From NCBI GenBank assembly GCA_022821085.1, contig JAJEEG010000007.1, positions 22,916-86,915 on the forward strand: a stretch of 64,000 nt of DNA, written 5' to 3'. Source of the stretch: Candidatus Latescibacterota bacterium (lineage in GTDB: Bacteria; JAAXHH01). This document shows, piece after piece, positions 22,445-32,200 of the stretch. A program made the translations under genes and the position numbers. Within the stretch, counting starts at the first letter, position 1. Every line of letters starts with the position of its first letter. The notes under the pieces were generated by a model that saw only the letters and a program-made list of their open reading frames with translations, was not told the origin of the DNA and searched no databases.

Positions 22445-24019
22445 TCACTCATCCGCAAGCGGCCGAGAGATGACGCAGGCGTTGATGCCCCCGATCCCCA
22501 TGGACAGCTTGCCGGCGATCCCATCGGGAAGCGGGCAGGACGCGTCGTAGACGAACCGGTTGTGCAGGCTGCCGATTTCCGGGTTCACCTCGTCGCGGGA
22601 CAGGGGCGTGGGATATAGGGCGCCCCGTTCGTAACCGAGGTATTGCGCCGTCAGTTCCCATCCTCCGCCGGCGCTCATGCCGTGGCCGAAGGTGCCTTTC
22701 CGGGCGGTGACCGTCACGGAGCCGGGCACCATCTCGAGCAGGTTCTCCATTTCCAGGAAATCCCCGGGCGTCGCCGTGGCGTGCAGGTCCCACGAGGCGA
22801 TGTCTTCGGGGGAAACGCGGGCGTCCGCGATGGCCTGGCCGACCGCCAGCTGCGGGCCTTCCTTCGACGGCGTGATGATATGGTCGGCGTCGGAGCTGAC
22901 GCCAACGGCCAGGGGTTCCATGCCAACCGGGCTGAACCCCTTTTCCGTCATGTATTCGTAGTCCCCGATGATCCACAGCACGGAGCCGCCCGAGACGTGG
23001 GTGCCGCGCAGCCCGGTCAGGGGCTTGGACACGGCGCCGTCCGCGGCGGAGACGCGGGCGCGGTAGAAGGCGCCCACCAGCAGGGACGTGGGCGGCGGGT
23101 CCGTGGCGCCGACGACGACGGCCTTCGCCTCGCCGCGCCGGATGGCGTCCATGCCGAGTTTGAGGCACACGCCGAAGGTGGAGCAGGCGGCCACGGGCGC
23201 CAGGGACAGCCCGTTGATCTGCCCCATCATGGTGACCTGCGACGCGGGCGTGTTGTGGATATTCCAGATCAGGTCGGCCGAGACGCATTCCCACGGCGGT
23301 TCAGGCGCACCCCAGTCATCCTGCAGCTGTTGCTTGCGGCGCTGCTTCTCGCGGATGAGCTTCAGCTTGCCCGATTCGACGGTGCCCTCGACGTTCATCC
23401 CCTCGATCCTGGCGAGGGTCTCCAGGTAGGATCTCAGCTCTTCAGACTGGGAAGTCCAGTAGGCGTTCCAGGCTTCTTCGGCCTGGTCGCGCTTCGCGGA
23501 AGGAGCGGTCTCCGGATGGGGCGGCATGGCTTCGTCCACGCCTTCGTCGTCGTGCCGGGTAAGGTACGCGCGAAGCCGGGCGTTCCGTTCGGCCGATCCC
23601 CAGAACCGATCCCACGCCCGCTGCGCCCGGTACAGCTCCATGCTGATCCGGCTGATCGTCGGGATATTGCCCACGCCGGTGCCGATGTACACGTGGGCGG
23701 CCGTCCCCAGTGCCTGGAGTTCCTTTTCCAAACCCGGATTCTGCTCCAGCGCCTGGATGAAGGCTCCGACGGCATGCAGCGTGGTGGGGTCCATCTTGTC
23801 GACCAGGCGGGGGTACCGGTTCGACGGGAACCGGGCGTCGATCCATGCCCGGTAGTCCCCGAAGTCGAAGTCGGGTTCGCCGACCAGGAAGTTGTTGGGG
23901 CCGAACCCTTCAAAAGGCGCCAGCCAGCTTTCCGACCCTTCCAGGTTGCGGGCAAAGGCTGCCATGTTGGGCGAACGGGGCGCCACGATACCCCACCCGA
24001 ATATGCCGATTCTGCGCAA
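22445..24019 (-). CDS. beta-ketoacyl synthase (KAS I/II-like, thiolase fold) with a large charged insertion
   Basis: 524 aa. MRRIGIFGWGIVAP is the N-terminus. The active-site Cys context is VAACSTFG, and His contexts are LHATATPGD and KGTFGHGMSAGG. A helical insertion of about 140 aa is present. I saw no ACP or other fatty-acid synthesis genes nearby. Confidence 0.75.
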   Translation of the reverse strand: MRRIGIFGWGIVAPRSPNMAAFARNLEGSESWLAPFEGFGPNNFLVGEPDFDFGDYRAWIDARFPSNRYPRLVDKMDPTTLHAVGAFIQALEQNPGLEKELQALGTAAHVYIGTGVGNIPTISRISMELYRAQRAWDRFWGSAERNARLRAYLTRHDDEGVDEAMPPHPETAPSAKRDQAEEAWNAYWTSQSEELRSYLETLARIEGMNVEGTVESGKLKLIREKQRRKQQLQDDWGAPEPPWECVSADLIWNIHNTPASQVTMMGQINGLSLAPVAACSTFGVCLKLGMDAIRRGEAKAVVVGATDPPPTSLLVGAFYRARVSAADGAVSKPLTGLRGTHVSGGSVLWIIGDYEYMTEKGFSPVGMEPLAVGVSSDADHIITPSKEGPQLAVGQAIADARVSPEDIASWDLHATATPGDFLEMENLLEMVPGSVTVTARKGTFGHGMSAGGGWELTAQYLGYERGALYPTPLSRDEVNPEIGSLHNRFVYDASCPLPDGIAGKLSMGIGGINACVISRPLADE

Positions 24020-24290
24020 AGCAAGCCTCGCTATATCCTAAGGAAATCTCCGATTCTTCAAGGGATTCTCCCATTCTTCCTAGTCTCAACAGCCCCGTCA
24101 ATATACGCCGCGCGCGGGGTGGACTCAAGCCCAAACACCCTGCGGCTGGAATCGATGGGTAGGGACAACCTCGATCATCTGTCGGGCCACAGTAGGCTCA
24201 CCGCTGGTCTATCCACGCTTCTATCTCCCTTCCGACTCCTGGTTTTTCTCCCGCCTGACGTCCCTGCTCAGGTCCGACTATAAAGCTCAA

Positions 24291-24481
24291 CATAATCATA
24301 TTTAAGGGGAAAAGTACGCGATACGACCCTGAATTTCGGTGGTTTTGAACCGTAACCAGCAGTCCTGATTCTGGGAATTCAAGTCAGCCGATCAATTCGC
24401 GGGAAAGGAGGCGATATAGGCAAGTTTGGGTCTTCGTCATTCCTTCTAGTTAGTAAGTGTTTCCATAAACGGGAGAACACA
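24291..24481 (+). promoter_or_regulatory. conserved upstream/leader block of paralog 4
   Basis: cataatcatatttaaggggaaaagtacgcgatac...caattcgcgggaaaggaggcgatataggcaag...gtgtttccataaacgggagaacacaATG. Confidence 0.55.
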
Positions 24482-25963
24482 ATGCATTACCTCATAATTG
24501 CTGTATTGACTCTCGGTTTGTCCCTGTTGGGATGCGAGGGTAAGACAGGCCCCGCAGGTCCGACTGGTCCTTCCGGCGCCGCTGGCCCGGCAGGTCCGGC
24601 TGGCCCGCAGGGTTCGACGGGTCCGGCAGGCCCGGCAGGCCCCCAGGGTCCGGCTGGTGCTGACGGTGCCGATGGTGCTGCAGGCCCGGCTGGTCCCGCA
24701 GGTCCCCAGGGTGAGACTGGTCCGGCAGGTCCGCAGGGTGAGCAGGGTGAGCCAGGTGAAGCAGCTACACTTCCTCCTGGTTTAAGCCCGGATGAGATTC
24801 TCGGAATCCTCTCAGCAGACCATGTTGCTGCTATGGTTGTTGAACACTCCTCCGAAGCCTATGGTGGTTTGGCCGAGCTGACACCGGCAAGAATAGGGGA
24901 CGGTACGAGCATCCTTCTCAGAGTAGGCCAGGAAGCTACGGTCAAAGCTGTTGTCCGCACACAGGATGGCGCCATAGTTGAAGGTGCTGATCTGGTTTGG
25001 TCTATCGACGAGGAAGAGGAGAATATCTCGGTTGAAGATGGGGTTATCACTGCGCTTGCATCAAATTACAATATAGATGATGCCAAGTACAGTGCATCGA
25101 TGGTAAGCTTCAAGTCAGCTTCCCATCTCGTTGCCGGTGAGTTGTCGGTCATGGTTTCCAATGCGGTTGCCAAGGTCAAACTCAGCCAGGATAGTCTGAT
25201 CCCGTTGGCCATCAGTGAAACCACAATGATTACTGCCAGTGCGCTTGATGGTGATGATAAGCCGGTGCCTGATCTGGGTATGATGGGCAATTACGACTGG
25301 TCCAGCGATTCGGGTTCTGCCGGTGTTGCCGCTGATAAGCACGCTTCAGGCGAGATGAAAGGCAAGTTTATCGGTAAGGCCGGCAGTCAGGCAACGATTA
25401 CTGGAAAGAGCAGTGGCGACGCTTCCATTACCGCCGCTATCGAAGGTGCGTCGGCTTCCGTCGATGTCGCCGTTTCCGGTTCTAGCATCACCCGTACCAT
25501 TATCTACACCGACCCTGATACCCGTACTTTCACGTGGGACCGCGACCCGGCGGCTTCGGCGGCGTGGGAGGACGCAACCATAACTACCACCTTTGATGTC
25601 GAGTTGTACAATGCGATTTCTGACGCGCAAATCTCCAACTTCGATAATAGTGCTTTAACTCTCAATGTCAGTGGTAATAAGGCTTCGACAGTTGGGTTGC
25701 TAGCTACCACACCTAACGCCGCTGCAAATGGTGTAGTAACAGTGCAGGTTGCAGTTGCGAATTTTGACGCTGGGGACGCCTCCGCAACCCCAGCCGTACC
25801 ACCAGCTGGGACCGCCCTGGCCAACGCTACCACTCAACCGGCCGGCATTCACGAGACAGATGCCGGTTCCATGAGTTACATCGTAGAACTGAAGGTGAAT
25901 GGCGCGGTATCCAAGCGTATTCATTTCACGATAGCGTATGGTGCGGCACCACCGGCCGAGTAA
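24482..25963 (+). CDS. collagen-like triple-helix repeat lipoprotein with Ig-like domains (paralog 4 of 5)
   Basis: 493 aa. Signal [18 protein letters not shown], 25 G-X-Y triplets, Big_2-like segments ([22 protein letters not shown]; [15 protein letters not shown]...[15 protein letters not shown]) and a unique C-terminus. Confidence 0.9.
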   Translation: MHYLIIAVLTLGLSLLGCEGKTGPAGPTGPSGAAGPAGPAGPQGSTGPAGPAGPQGPAGADGADGAAGPAGPAGPQGETGPAGPQGEQGEPGEAATLPPGLSPDEILGILSADHVAAMVVEHSSEAYGGLAELTPARIGDGTSILLRVGQEATVKAVVRTQDGAIVEGADLVWSIDEEEENISVEDGVITALASNYNIDDAKYSASMVSFKSASHLVAGELSVMVSNAVAKVKLSQDSLIPLAISETTMITASALDGDDKPVPDLGMMGNYDWSSDSGSAGVAADKHASGEMKGKFIGKAGSQATITGKSSGDASITAAIEGASASVDVAVSGSSITRTIIYTDPDTRTFTWDRDPAASAAWEDATITTTFDVELYNAISDAQISNFDNSALTLNVSGNKASTVGLLATTPNAAANGVVTVQVAVANFDAGDASATPAVPPAGTALANATTQPAGIHETDAGSMSYIVELKVNGAVSKRIHFTIAYGAAPPAE

Positions 25964-25966
25964 CCT

Positions 25967-26235
25967 CGGGATAATCCGGGTCCCGTAGACAGGGCGCTGA
26001 CAGAGTCCTGTGGCACGTGGGGGAGGGGTGCCAACCCTTCCCCTATAAGCCAAGTTCCGAGTGACCCCCGGAGTTATCCCGACAGGGCAAGCAACATGTC
26101 AGCATCCGCCCTGCATTTGTCTCGGTCATTTCGTTACAACTTCCCGTTCGCCCTGAGTAGGAGCTTCGGCCACTGAAAAGGGCGATCGGTACCGAAGATA
26201 AGAAAAGCCCCGTTGAAGCATACGGGGCTTTTCTG
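25967..26235 (+). ncRNA. conserved structured 3'-UTR element, copy 4
   Basis: The conserved flanks are present. The variable hairpin is GGGGAGGG-gtgccaa-CCCTTCCCC. Confidence 0.6.
26202..26235 (+). terminator. intrinsic terminator of paralog 4
   Basis: gaaaagccccg-ttgaagcata-cggggcttttctg. Confidence 0.8.
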
Positions 26236-26497
26236 TGTTTAACGATATAATAGTTGGACCACCCGTCTCCCTCGCCAATCCCCTTACCAATTCTACGTAC
26301 CTGTCGTACCCGCTCCTACCTGATGTATCCGATTCATACCTGTAATACCCCGATCTCTTACCCGTCTTACCTCGCGATCCAACTGAATTACCCCATCCTA
26401 CCTGACGTATCCGATTCACACTCCCAGCACGTAACACTGCGTAACACCCGATTTCATCCGCCTTTGAACACACCAGCCGCCACGCCCTGAAGTTCCG

Positions 26498-26664
26498 CAT
26501 AATCATATTTAACTGAAAAAGTGCCCGATAAGACCTGAAATACGAGCAGTCTTGAGCCTGTTAATTCAAGTCAACCGATCAATTCGCGGGAAAGGAGGCG
26601 ATATAGGCAAGTTTCGTGTTTTCGTCATTCCTTTTAGTAGTGTTTCCATAAACGGGAGAACACA
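26498..26664 (+). promoter_or_regulatory. conserved upstream/leader block of paralog 5
   Basis: cataatcatatttaactgaaaaagtgcccgata...caattcgcgggaaaggaggcgatataggcaag...gtgtttccataaacgggagaacacaATG. Confidence 0.55.
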
Positions 26665-28134
26665 ATGCATTACCTCATAATTGCTGTATTGACTCTCGGT
26701 TTGTCCCTGTTGGGATGCGAGGGTAAGACAGGCCCCGCAGGTCCGGCTGGTCCGTCCGGCGCCGCCGGCCAGGCAGGTCCGGCTGGCCCGCAGGGTTCGA
26801 CGGGTCCGGCAGGTCCGGCTGGCCCGGCAGGTGCTGATGGTGCTGACGGTGCTGACGGTGCTCAGGGCCCGGCAGGTCCGGCAGGCCCAGCTGGCCCGGC
26901 AGGTGCTGATGGTGCGCAAGGTCCTCCAGGTCCGCAAGGTGAGAAGGGTGACACCGGTGAGCAGGGTCCGCAAGGTGAGAAGGGTGACACCGGTGAGCAG
27001 GGTCCGCAAGGTGAGAAGGGTGACACCGGCGAGCAGGGTCCTGTAGGTCCAGGTCTACCGATCGAGGGAATTGATCCCATCGAGCTGGCCCAGGCGGACC
27101 ACATCGCCTACTTGGTACATGATCCTTCTGACGATCCGCCGGAGGAAAAATCGGAAGCGCCGATCGATATCGTCTTAAGGGTCGGTGAAGAACGCAATGT
27201 CAAGGCTGCCGTCCGTGCACAGAGTGGCAAGATCCTTGAGAGCATTCCGGTAATGATTGGGATCCACAAGGATGAAAACGATGCCATCACCTTCGAAGAC
27301 GGCGTGCTAACCGCCGTCGGGGCCGGGTCAGCCGTTGTCAGGGCTGTGTCGGATTTGTCCGGGCTTGCTGGTGATATAAATGTCATGGTGACCAAGCCAA
27401 TCGCCAAGGTCGCTTTCATGGTCGGTGACCCTGCCGTTGCATTGAGCGAACCAGTCGTATTGGCCGTGAGCCAGACACATGACCAGGTGATAACCGCCGT
27501 GGCCCAAGATGAAGACGGCAAGGCAATTGCGCCGCGTTCCAACTGGTCCTGGGATTCCGGAACCGTAGCCTCCGTGGAGCAACAGAAGGATGCGGACGAC
27601 GCGCTCCTGATGATGGGTGCTGTCGTCAAGATCACCGGGGCGAGTGGCGGCGACGGCACGGTTATGGCGACGGCCGAAGGCGTGAGCGGCAGTATCGACG
27701 TGAGCGTGACCGGCCAGACCAAGACCGTTTTCATTAGAGCTTCGACCTCAAGTAACGGCAACACCTTTGTTTGGGATCGAGGTAGAGACTCTGACACCAG
27801 CACCCCAGCAATCGACGTAGCTTGGAATTACGCCAATACTCAATTCCAGGTGTTCCTGTACGACATCGTTTCCAATGAGAGGGTCATCGGTACGGTCAAT
27901 GTAGTATCAGAAACCGCTACTGTTGCTGCGGTCGATGCTGGTTCAGTAACCACGACACTCGCTGGAGTGGCAGCCCCACTTGTCACGGTTACACCCCTTC
28001 CTACTGACCCTGGTCAAACAGACCCGGCTACTTCCAATGCAGGAACAAAAACGTCGGTCGTTAAATTGACCGCTACCGGCGCCGATCCTGTTAACATCCT
28101 GTTCACTGTTAGGATCGTGAATGCGCCAGAATAA
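26665..28134 (+). CDS. collagen-like triple-helix repeat lipoprotein with Ig-like domains (paralog 5 of 5)
   Basis: 489 aa. It has the same signal peptide and about 37 G-X-Y triplets, including [12 protein letters not shown] three times. Ig-like segments include [16 protein letters not shown] and [28 protein letters not shown]. Confidence 0.9.
   Translation: MHYLIIAVLTLGLSLLGCEGKTGPAGPAGPSGAAGQAGPAGPQGSTGPAGPAGPAGADGADGADGAQGPAGPAGPAGPAGADGAQGPPGPQGEKGDTGEQGPQGEKGDTGEQGPQGEKGDTGEQGPVGPGLPIEGIDPIELAQADHIAYLVHDPSDDPPEEKSEAPIDIVLRVGEERNVKAAVRAQSGKILESIPVMIGIHKDENDAITFEDGVLTAVGAGSAVVRAVSDLSGLAGDINVMVTKPIAKVAFMVGDPAVALSEPVVLAVSQTHDQVITAVAQDEDGKAIAPRSNWSWDSGTVASVEQQKDADDALLMMGAVVKITGASGGDGTVMATAEGVSGSIDVSVTGQTKTVFIRASTSSNGNTFVWDRGRDSDTSTPAIDVAWNYANTQFQVFLYDIVSNERVIGTVNVVSETATVAAVDAGSVTTTLAGVAAPLVTVTPLPTDPGQTDPATSNAGTKTSVVKLTATGADPVNILFTVRIVNAPE
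26938..27045. repeat. 36-nt tandem repeat x3 inside the collagen tract of paralog 5
   Basis: ggtgagaagggtgacaccggtgagcagggtccgcaa occurs three times (the third copy has 3 substitutions), encoding [12 protein letters not shown]. Confidence 0.85.
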
Positions 28135-28137
28135 CCT

Positions 28138-28405
28138 CGGGAAAATCCGGGTCCCGTAGACAGGGCGCTGACAGAGTCCTGTGGCTTTGGTGGGGTGCCT
28201 TCCCGGGCACCCCATCGGACCAAGTTTCGAGTGACCCCCGGAGTTATCCCGACAGGGCAAGCAACACATCAGCATCCGCCCTGCATTTGTCTCGGTCATT
28301 TCGTTACAACTTCCCGTTCGCCCTGAGTAGGAGCCTCCGGCCACTGAAAAGGGCGATCGGTCCCGAAAAAAAGGAAAGCCCCGTTGCATCTACGGGGCTT
28401 TTCTG
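28138..28405 (+). ncRNA. conserved structured 3'-UTR element, copy 5
   Basis: The variable hairpin is GGTGGGGTGCC-ttcccg-GGCACCCCATC. Relative to copy 1, the G-U pair at position 7 becomes G-C and the A-U pair at position 2 becomes G-U. Confidence 0.6.
28373..28405 (+). terminator. intrinsic terminator of paralog 5
   Basis: ggaaagccccg-ttgcatcta-cggggcttttctg. Confidence 0.8.
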
Positions 28406-28500
28406 TATCCAAATATTTTGACAGCCATCCTGTCGGTGTTGTCATTTGCAGCCCTCGCCCAGGGTGCAGGAGGCTTTTCCAAGTAACTCGAACTATCCAG

Positions 28501-28949
28501 ATGGTGTTCCTATCTAATACTTCCCCTTTTTTCATTGCTTTCATTGGCTGCGAAGGTGCCGATGTGATCGTAGCCAACTTGCAAAGCCTGCTTGGCGATG
28601 AAGCAGCCGTACAGGTGGTCGCGGGGATCCAGAACCAATTCGTAACGGCTTGGTTCCAGCTGAACATCGACGGCAGTTACACCAACAGCGACGGTCAGAC
28701 CGGCCGTGGACCGCAATCGAAGACGACAGCAACGCTATCACATTGACCATCGGGGACGATCCACCCATGACGATGGGCTACCTGGTGACCGAAGGCCAGC
28801 TGACACTGATCATCTCGCTCGATACGGTAAATTCGGTCATCAGTGGAAACATGAGCCTGCTTGCGGTCAACGACGCGGTAATCATGGGCTTGGACGATCT
28901 GCGGATACACTACAATCGGCTCCCGCCATTGGACCAGGCAATGGAGTAG
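28501..28949 (+). pseudogene. small lipoprotein-like gene, apparently frameshifted near 28700
   Basis: MVFLSNTSPFFIAFIGCEGADV... has the same GCEG lipobox context as the paralog family and lies in the frame of ORF 28384..28746. The reading continues sensibly in the frame of ORF 28650..28949 (WTAIEDDSNAITLTIGDDPP...). A 1-nt shift around ...SDGQTG(28695-28705) links the two frames. Confidence 0.35.
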
Positions 28950-29221
28950 CTGATGTTCATTTGGATTTAATGATGTAAGGGACAGGACCACCCCGAAATT
29001 TAACGGCCGGTTTCATAGCCCGGTGGCTAGTTTCAGCACCGGGTTATGAAGGATAAACTCCGGCGAAGCGGCGTATCGAATCCACATCGTAAACCAGTCT
29101 TCTTAAGACTGCCGGCTATGAGCGTTTTACCAATGCGTACCACTTTTGCGATTTCATAAACACAAAGACTAAGTGACACCGGTCGCGTTACACACCTGAC
29201 ACCGAGGAGATACCGTATATA

Positions 29222-32200
29222 ATGGTTTCCTTCTTCCAAAAACACAGCAGTCGTGGGATCTTCCGACGCATTGCCGCATCACTCCCTAAACCAGGTGCTG
29301 ACGCGCTAACGGATCGCTGGCACGCCGTGTTGCTCGTTTTCCTGTCCCTATCCCTGTTTTTTCCGCTGGTGTTTGCCTGCGGTAGGGACAATCCCACACA
29401 GTCTCGTTCGGCGACCGCGTTCCGCATCGTGGTTACACCGGAGACGGCAGACCTATCCTCCACCGGTGAAACGTTACGTCTCAGCGCCCGAGTACTGGAC
29501 AAAAGCGACCGGGAGGTTCCCGCATCCCCGGTTTCCTGGCGCAGCAGCGACGATCAGGTGGTTTCAGTGAGTGCCGACGGCCTGGTCACCGCGGTCGGCG
29601 AGGGCAGCGCTATCGTAATCGCCATGGCCGGACAGAAGACGGCCCAGGCGCGGGTGACGGTGTCGGATCCCGTGCGGCGGACGTTGACTGCCCTGTACAA
29701 AACCACGGGCGGCGAGAACTGGAAGAATAGCGTAAACTGGTTGAGCGACGAGCCCGTTCATCAATGGTACGGTGTGTCGACGGTCTCGTCCTCGAGCACG
29801 CCAGAGGTGCGAGCCCGAGCCAGCGTGGCCGGCGTGGCACTGAATTTGCCTGACAACGGCCTTACCGGTCCGATCCCGCCTGAGTTGGGCGAAATGGTCT
29901 TCCTTCGAGTGCTGGATCTTTCCGACAACGGTCATACCGGTACTATTCCTCCTGAACTGGGCAACCTGGTCCGGCTCGAAGTGCTGGACCTGTCCAACAA
30001 TGCTTTGACCGGATCCGTCCCGTCTGAACTGGGTGACCTGCCGGTCCTGAAGTCACTCCTGCTACACGGCAACACCGGGATGTTCGGTCCCCTGCCTGAC
30101 TCGTTCGTCCGGCTTACGGGCCTGGAAACCCTGGAACTGACGGGCACGGGTCTGTGCGCGCCTTCGGACGCGGGATTCCAAAGGTGGCTTGCCGGGATCG
30201 CGACCCGGCGGGGCGTACAGACTTGCGGATCGGGGACGGACCAGGACCGGCAGACACTGATCGCCCTGTACGAGGCGACGGACGGACCGAACTGGTCGAA
30301 CAATGCCAACTGGCTGAGCCAGGCGCCACTGGACCGCTGGTACGGCGTCTCGGCGACATCATCCGGCCGCGTGCGCAACCTGCATCTTGCGAACAACGGG
30401 TTGTCCGGTCCAATTCCGACCGCGCTGGGCAATCTCACCGCGCTGGTGTCTCTGGATCTCTCGGACAACCGGTTGACGGGCGTCATCCCGCCGGCCCTGT
30501 TTACCCTGGCCAATCTCCAGACGCTGGACCTGTCCGGAAACCTGTTCAACCAATCTGAATCGGACGACCGCGACGCCCTGGTGGCGCTGTACAATGCCAC
30601 CGACGGCCCGAACTGGGTGTACAGTACGAACTGGCTAAGCCAGGCACCGCTGGGAGATTGGTACGGGGTAACAACCGACGATACGGGCAGGGTGACGCAT
30701 CTTCAGCTGTATACAGTAAATGGCGAGGAGCGCGTCGACGACGTCGCCGGCAAGACCAGCAACGGGCTGTCCGGCAACCTTCCCCCGGAACTGGGCAACC
30801 TGGGCAGCCTGCAGCGTCTGTCTCTCAACTATAATTCATTGACGGGTCCCATTCCACCAGAGCTGGGAAACCTGAGTAACCTGCGACGCCTGGACCTTGA
30901 CGTCAACCAGTTGTCGGGCAATATCCCTTCCGAACTGAGCCGCTTGAGTAATCTGGAAAGCCTGGACCTTCGCCGCAACCAGTTAACCGGTCCCGTTCCC
31001 TCCTGGCTGGGTAACCTGAGCAACCTGAAGAACTGGTTGGACCTTGGATACAATCAACTGACAGGTCCCATTCCTTCGGAATTGGGCCGCCTGAGTAATC
31101 TGACATTCCTGGCACTCCGCGGTAATCAGTTGTCCGGCAATATCCCTCCGGAACTGGGCCGCATGAGAGATTTGGAAAGCTTGTATCTCCAAAATAACAT
31201 GTTGTCAGGCGCATTACCCTCGTCGCTGAGTAGTCTCACCAACCTGCAATTCCTGTGGCTGGGCAACACGCAGTTGTGTGCGCCGACAGACGCTGTGTTC
31301 CAGGCATGGCTCGCCGGGATACCGTACACAAGTGGCGTCGTGAACTGCGGTCTGGTGGGGCCGGAGCCGGGAAACGACCGGGCCGCCCTGGTGGCGCTGT
31401 ACAATGCCACCGATGGCCCGAACTGGGTGTATAGCACGAACTGGCTGAGCAATGCGCCGCTGGGAGATTGGTACGGGGTAACAACCGACGATACGGGCAG
31501 GGTGACGCATCTTCAGCTTTACACCGTAAATGGCGAGGAGCGCGTCGACGATGTTGCGGGCAAGGCCAGCAACGGCCTGTCCGGCAACCTCCCACCTGAA
31601 CTGGGTAACCTGGGCAGCCTTCAGCGCCTGTCTCTCAACTACAACGCGTTGACAGGCCCCATTCCGCCGGAACTGGGCAACCTGGCGAACCTGCGACGCC
31701 TGGACCTTGACGTCAACCAGTTGTCGGGCAATATCCCTTCCGAACTGAGCCGACTGAGTAATCTGGAAAGTCTGGACCTTAGCCGCAACCAATTAACCGG
31801 TCCTGTTCCCTCCTGGCTGGGAAATCTGAGCAACCTGACGAATTGGTTGGTCCTTGCTGACAACAAACTGACCGGTCCCATTCCTTCCGAACTGGGCAAC
31901 CTGAGCAAACTTCTAAGCCTGAACGTTGCTGGCAACCAGTTGTCCGGCGCGTTGCCCTCTTCGCTGGGTAACCTCACCTACTTGCGATGGCTGCGGCTGA
32001 GCAACAACGAGTTGACTGGCGCGTTACCTCCGTCGCTGAGTAATCTCACCAACCTGCAATACCTATATCTAGACAACACGCAGTTGTGTGCGCCGACAGA
32101 CACCGTGTTCCAGGCATGGCTCGGTGGGATTCCAAACAAAAGTAGCGTTGTGAACTGCGGCCTGGTGGGGCCGGAGCCGTCGAACGATCGCGCCGCCCTT

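Noticed and set aside
14856-28405. A classical integron (intI plus attC cassettes).
   Set aside because: The recombinase resembles Cre rather than IntI. The cassettes are paralogous and carry their own long upstream blocks. I found no RYYYAAC/GTTRRRY core sites bounding the 3' elements. A non-canonical cassette system remains possible and is covered in the findings.
29033-29245. A 70-aa reverse-strand ORF with a vaguely LuxR/GerE-like HTH (YEIAKVVRIGKTLIAGSLKKTGL).
   Set aside because: The motif spacing does not fit GerE-type HTHs. The ORF overlaps the start of the giant LRR gene and there is no SD. It is probably spurious.
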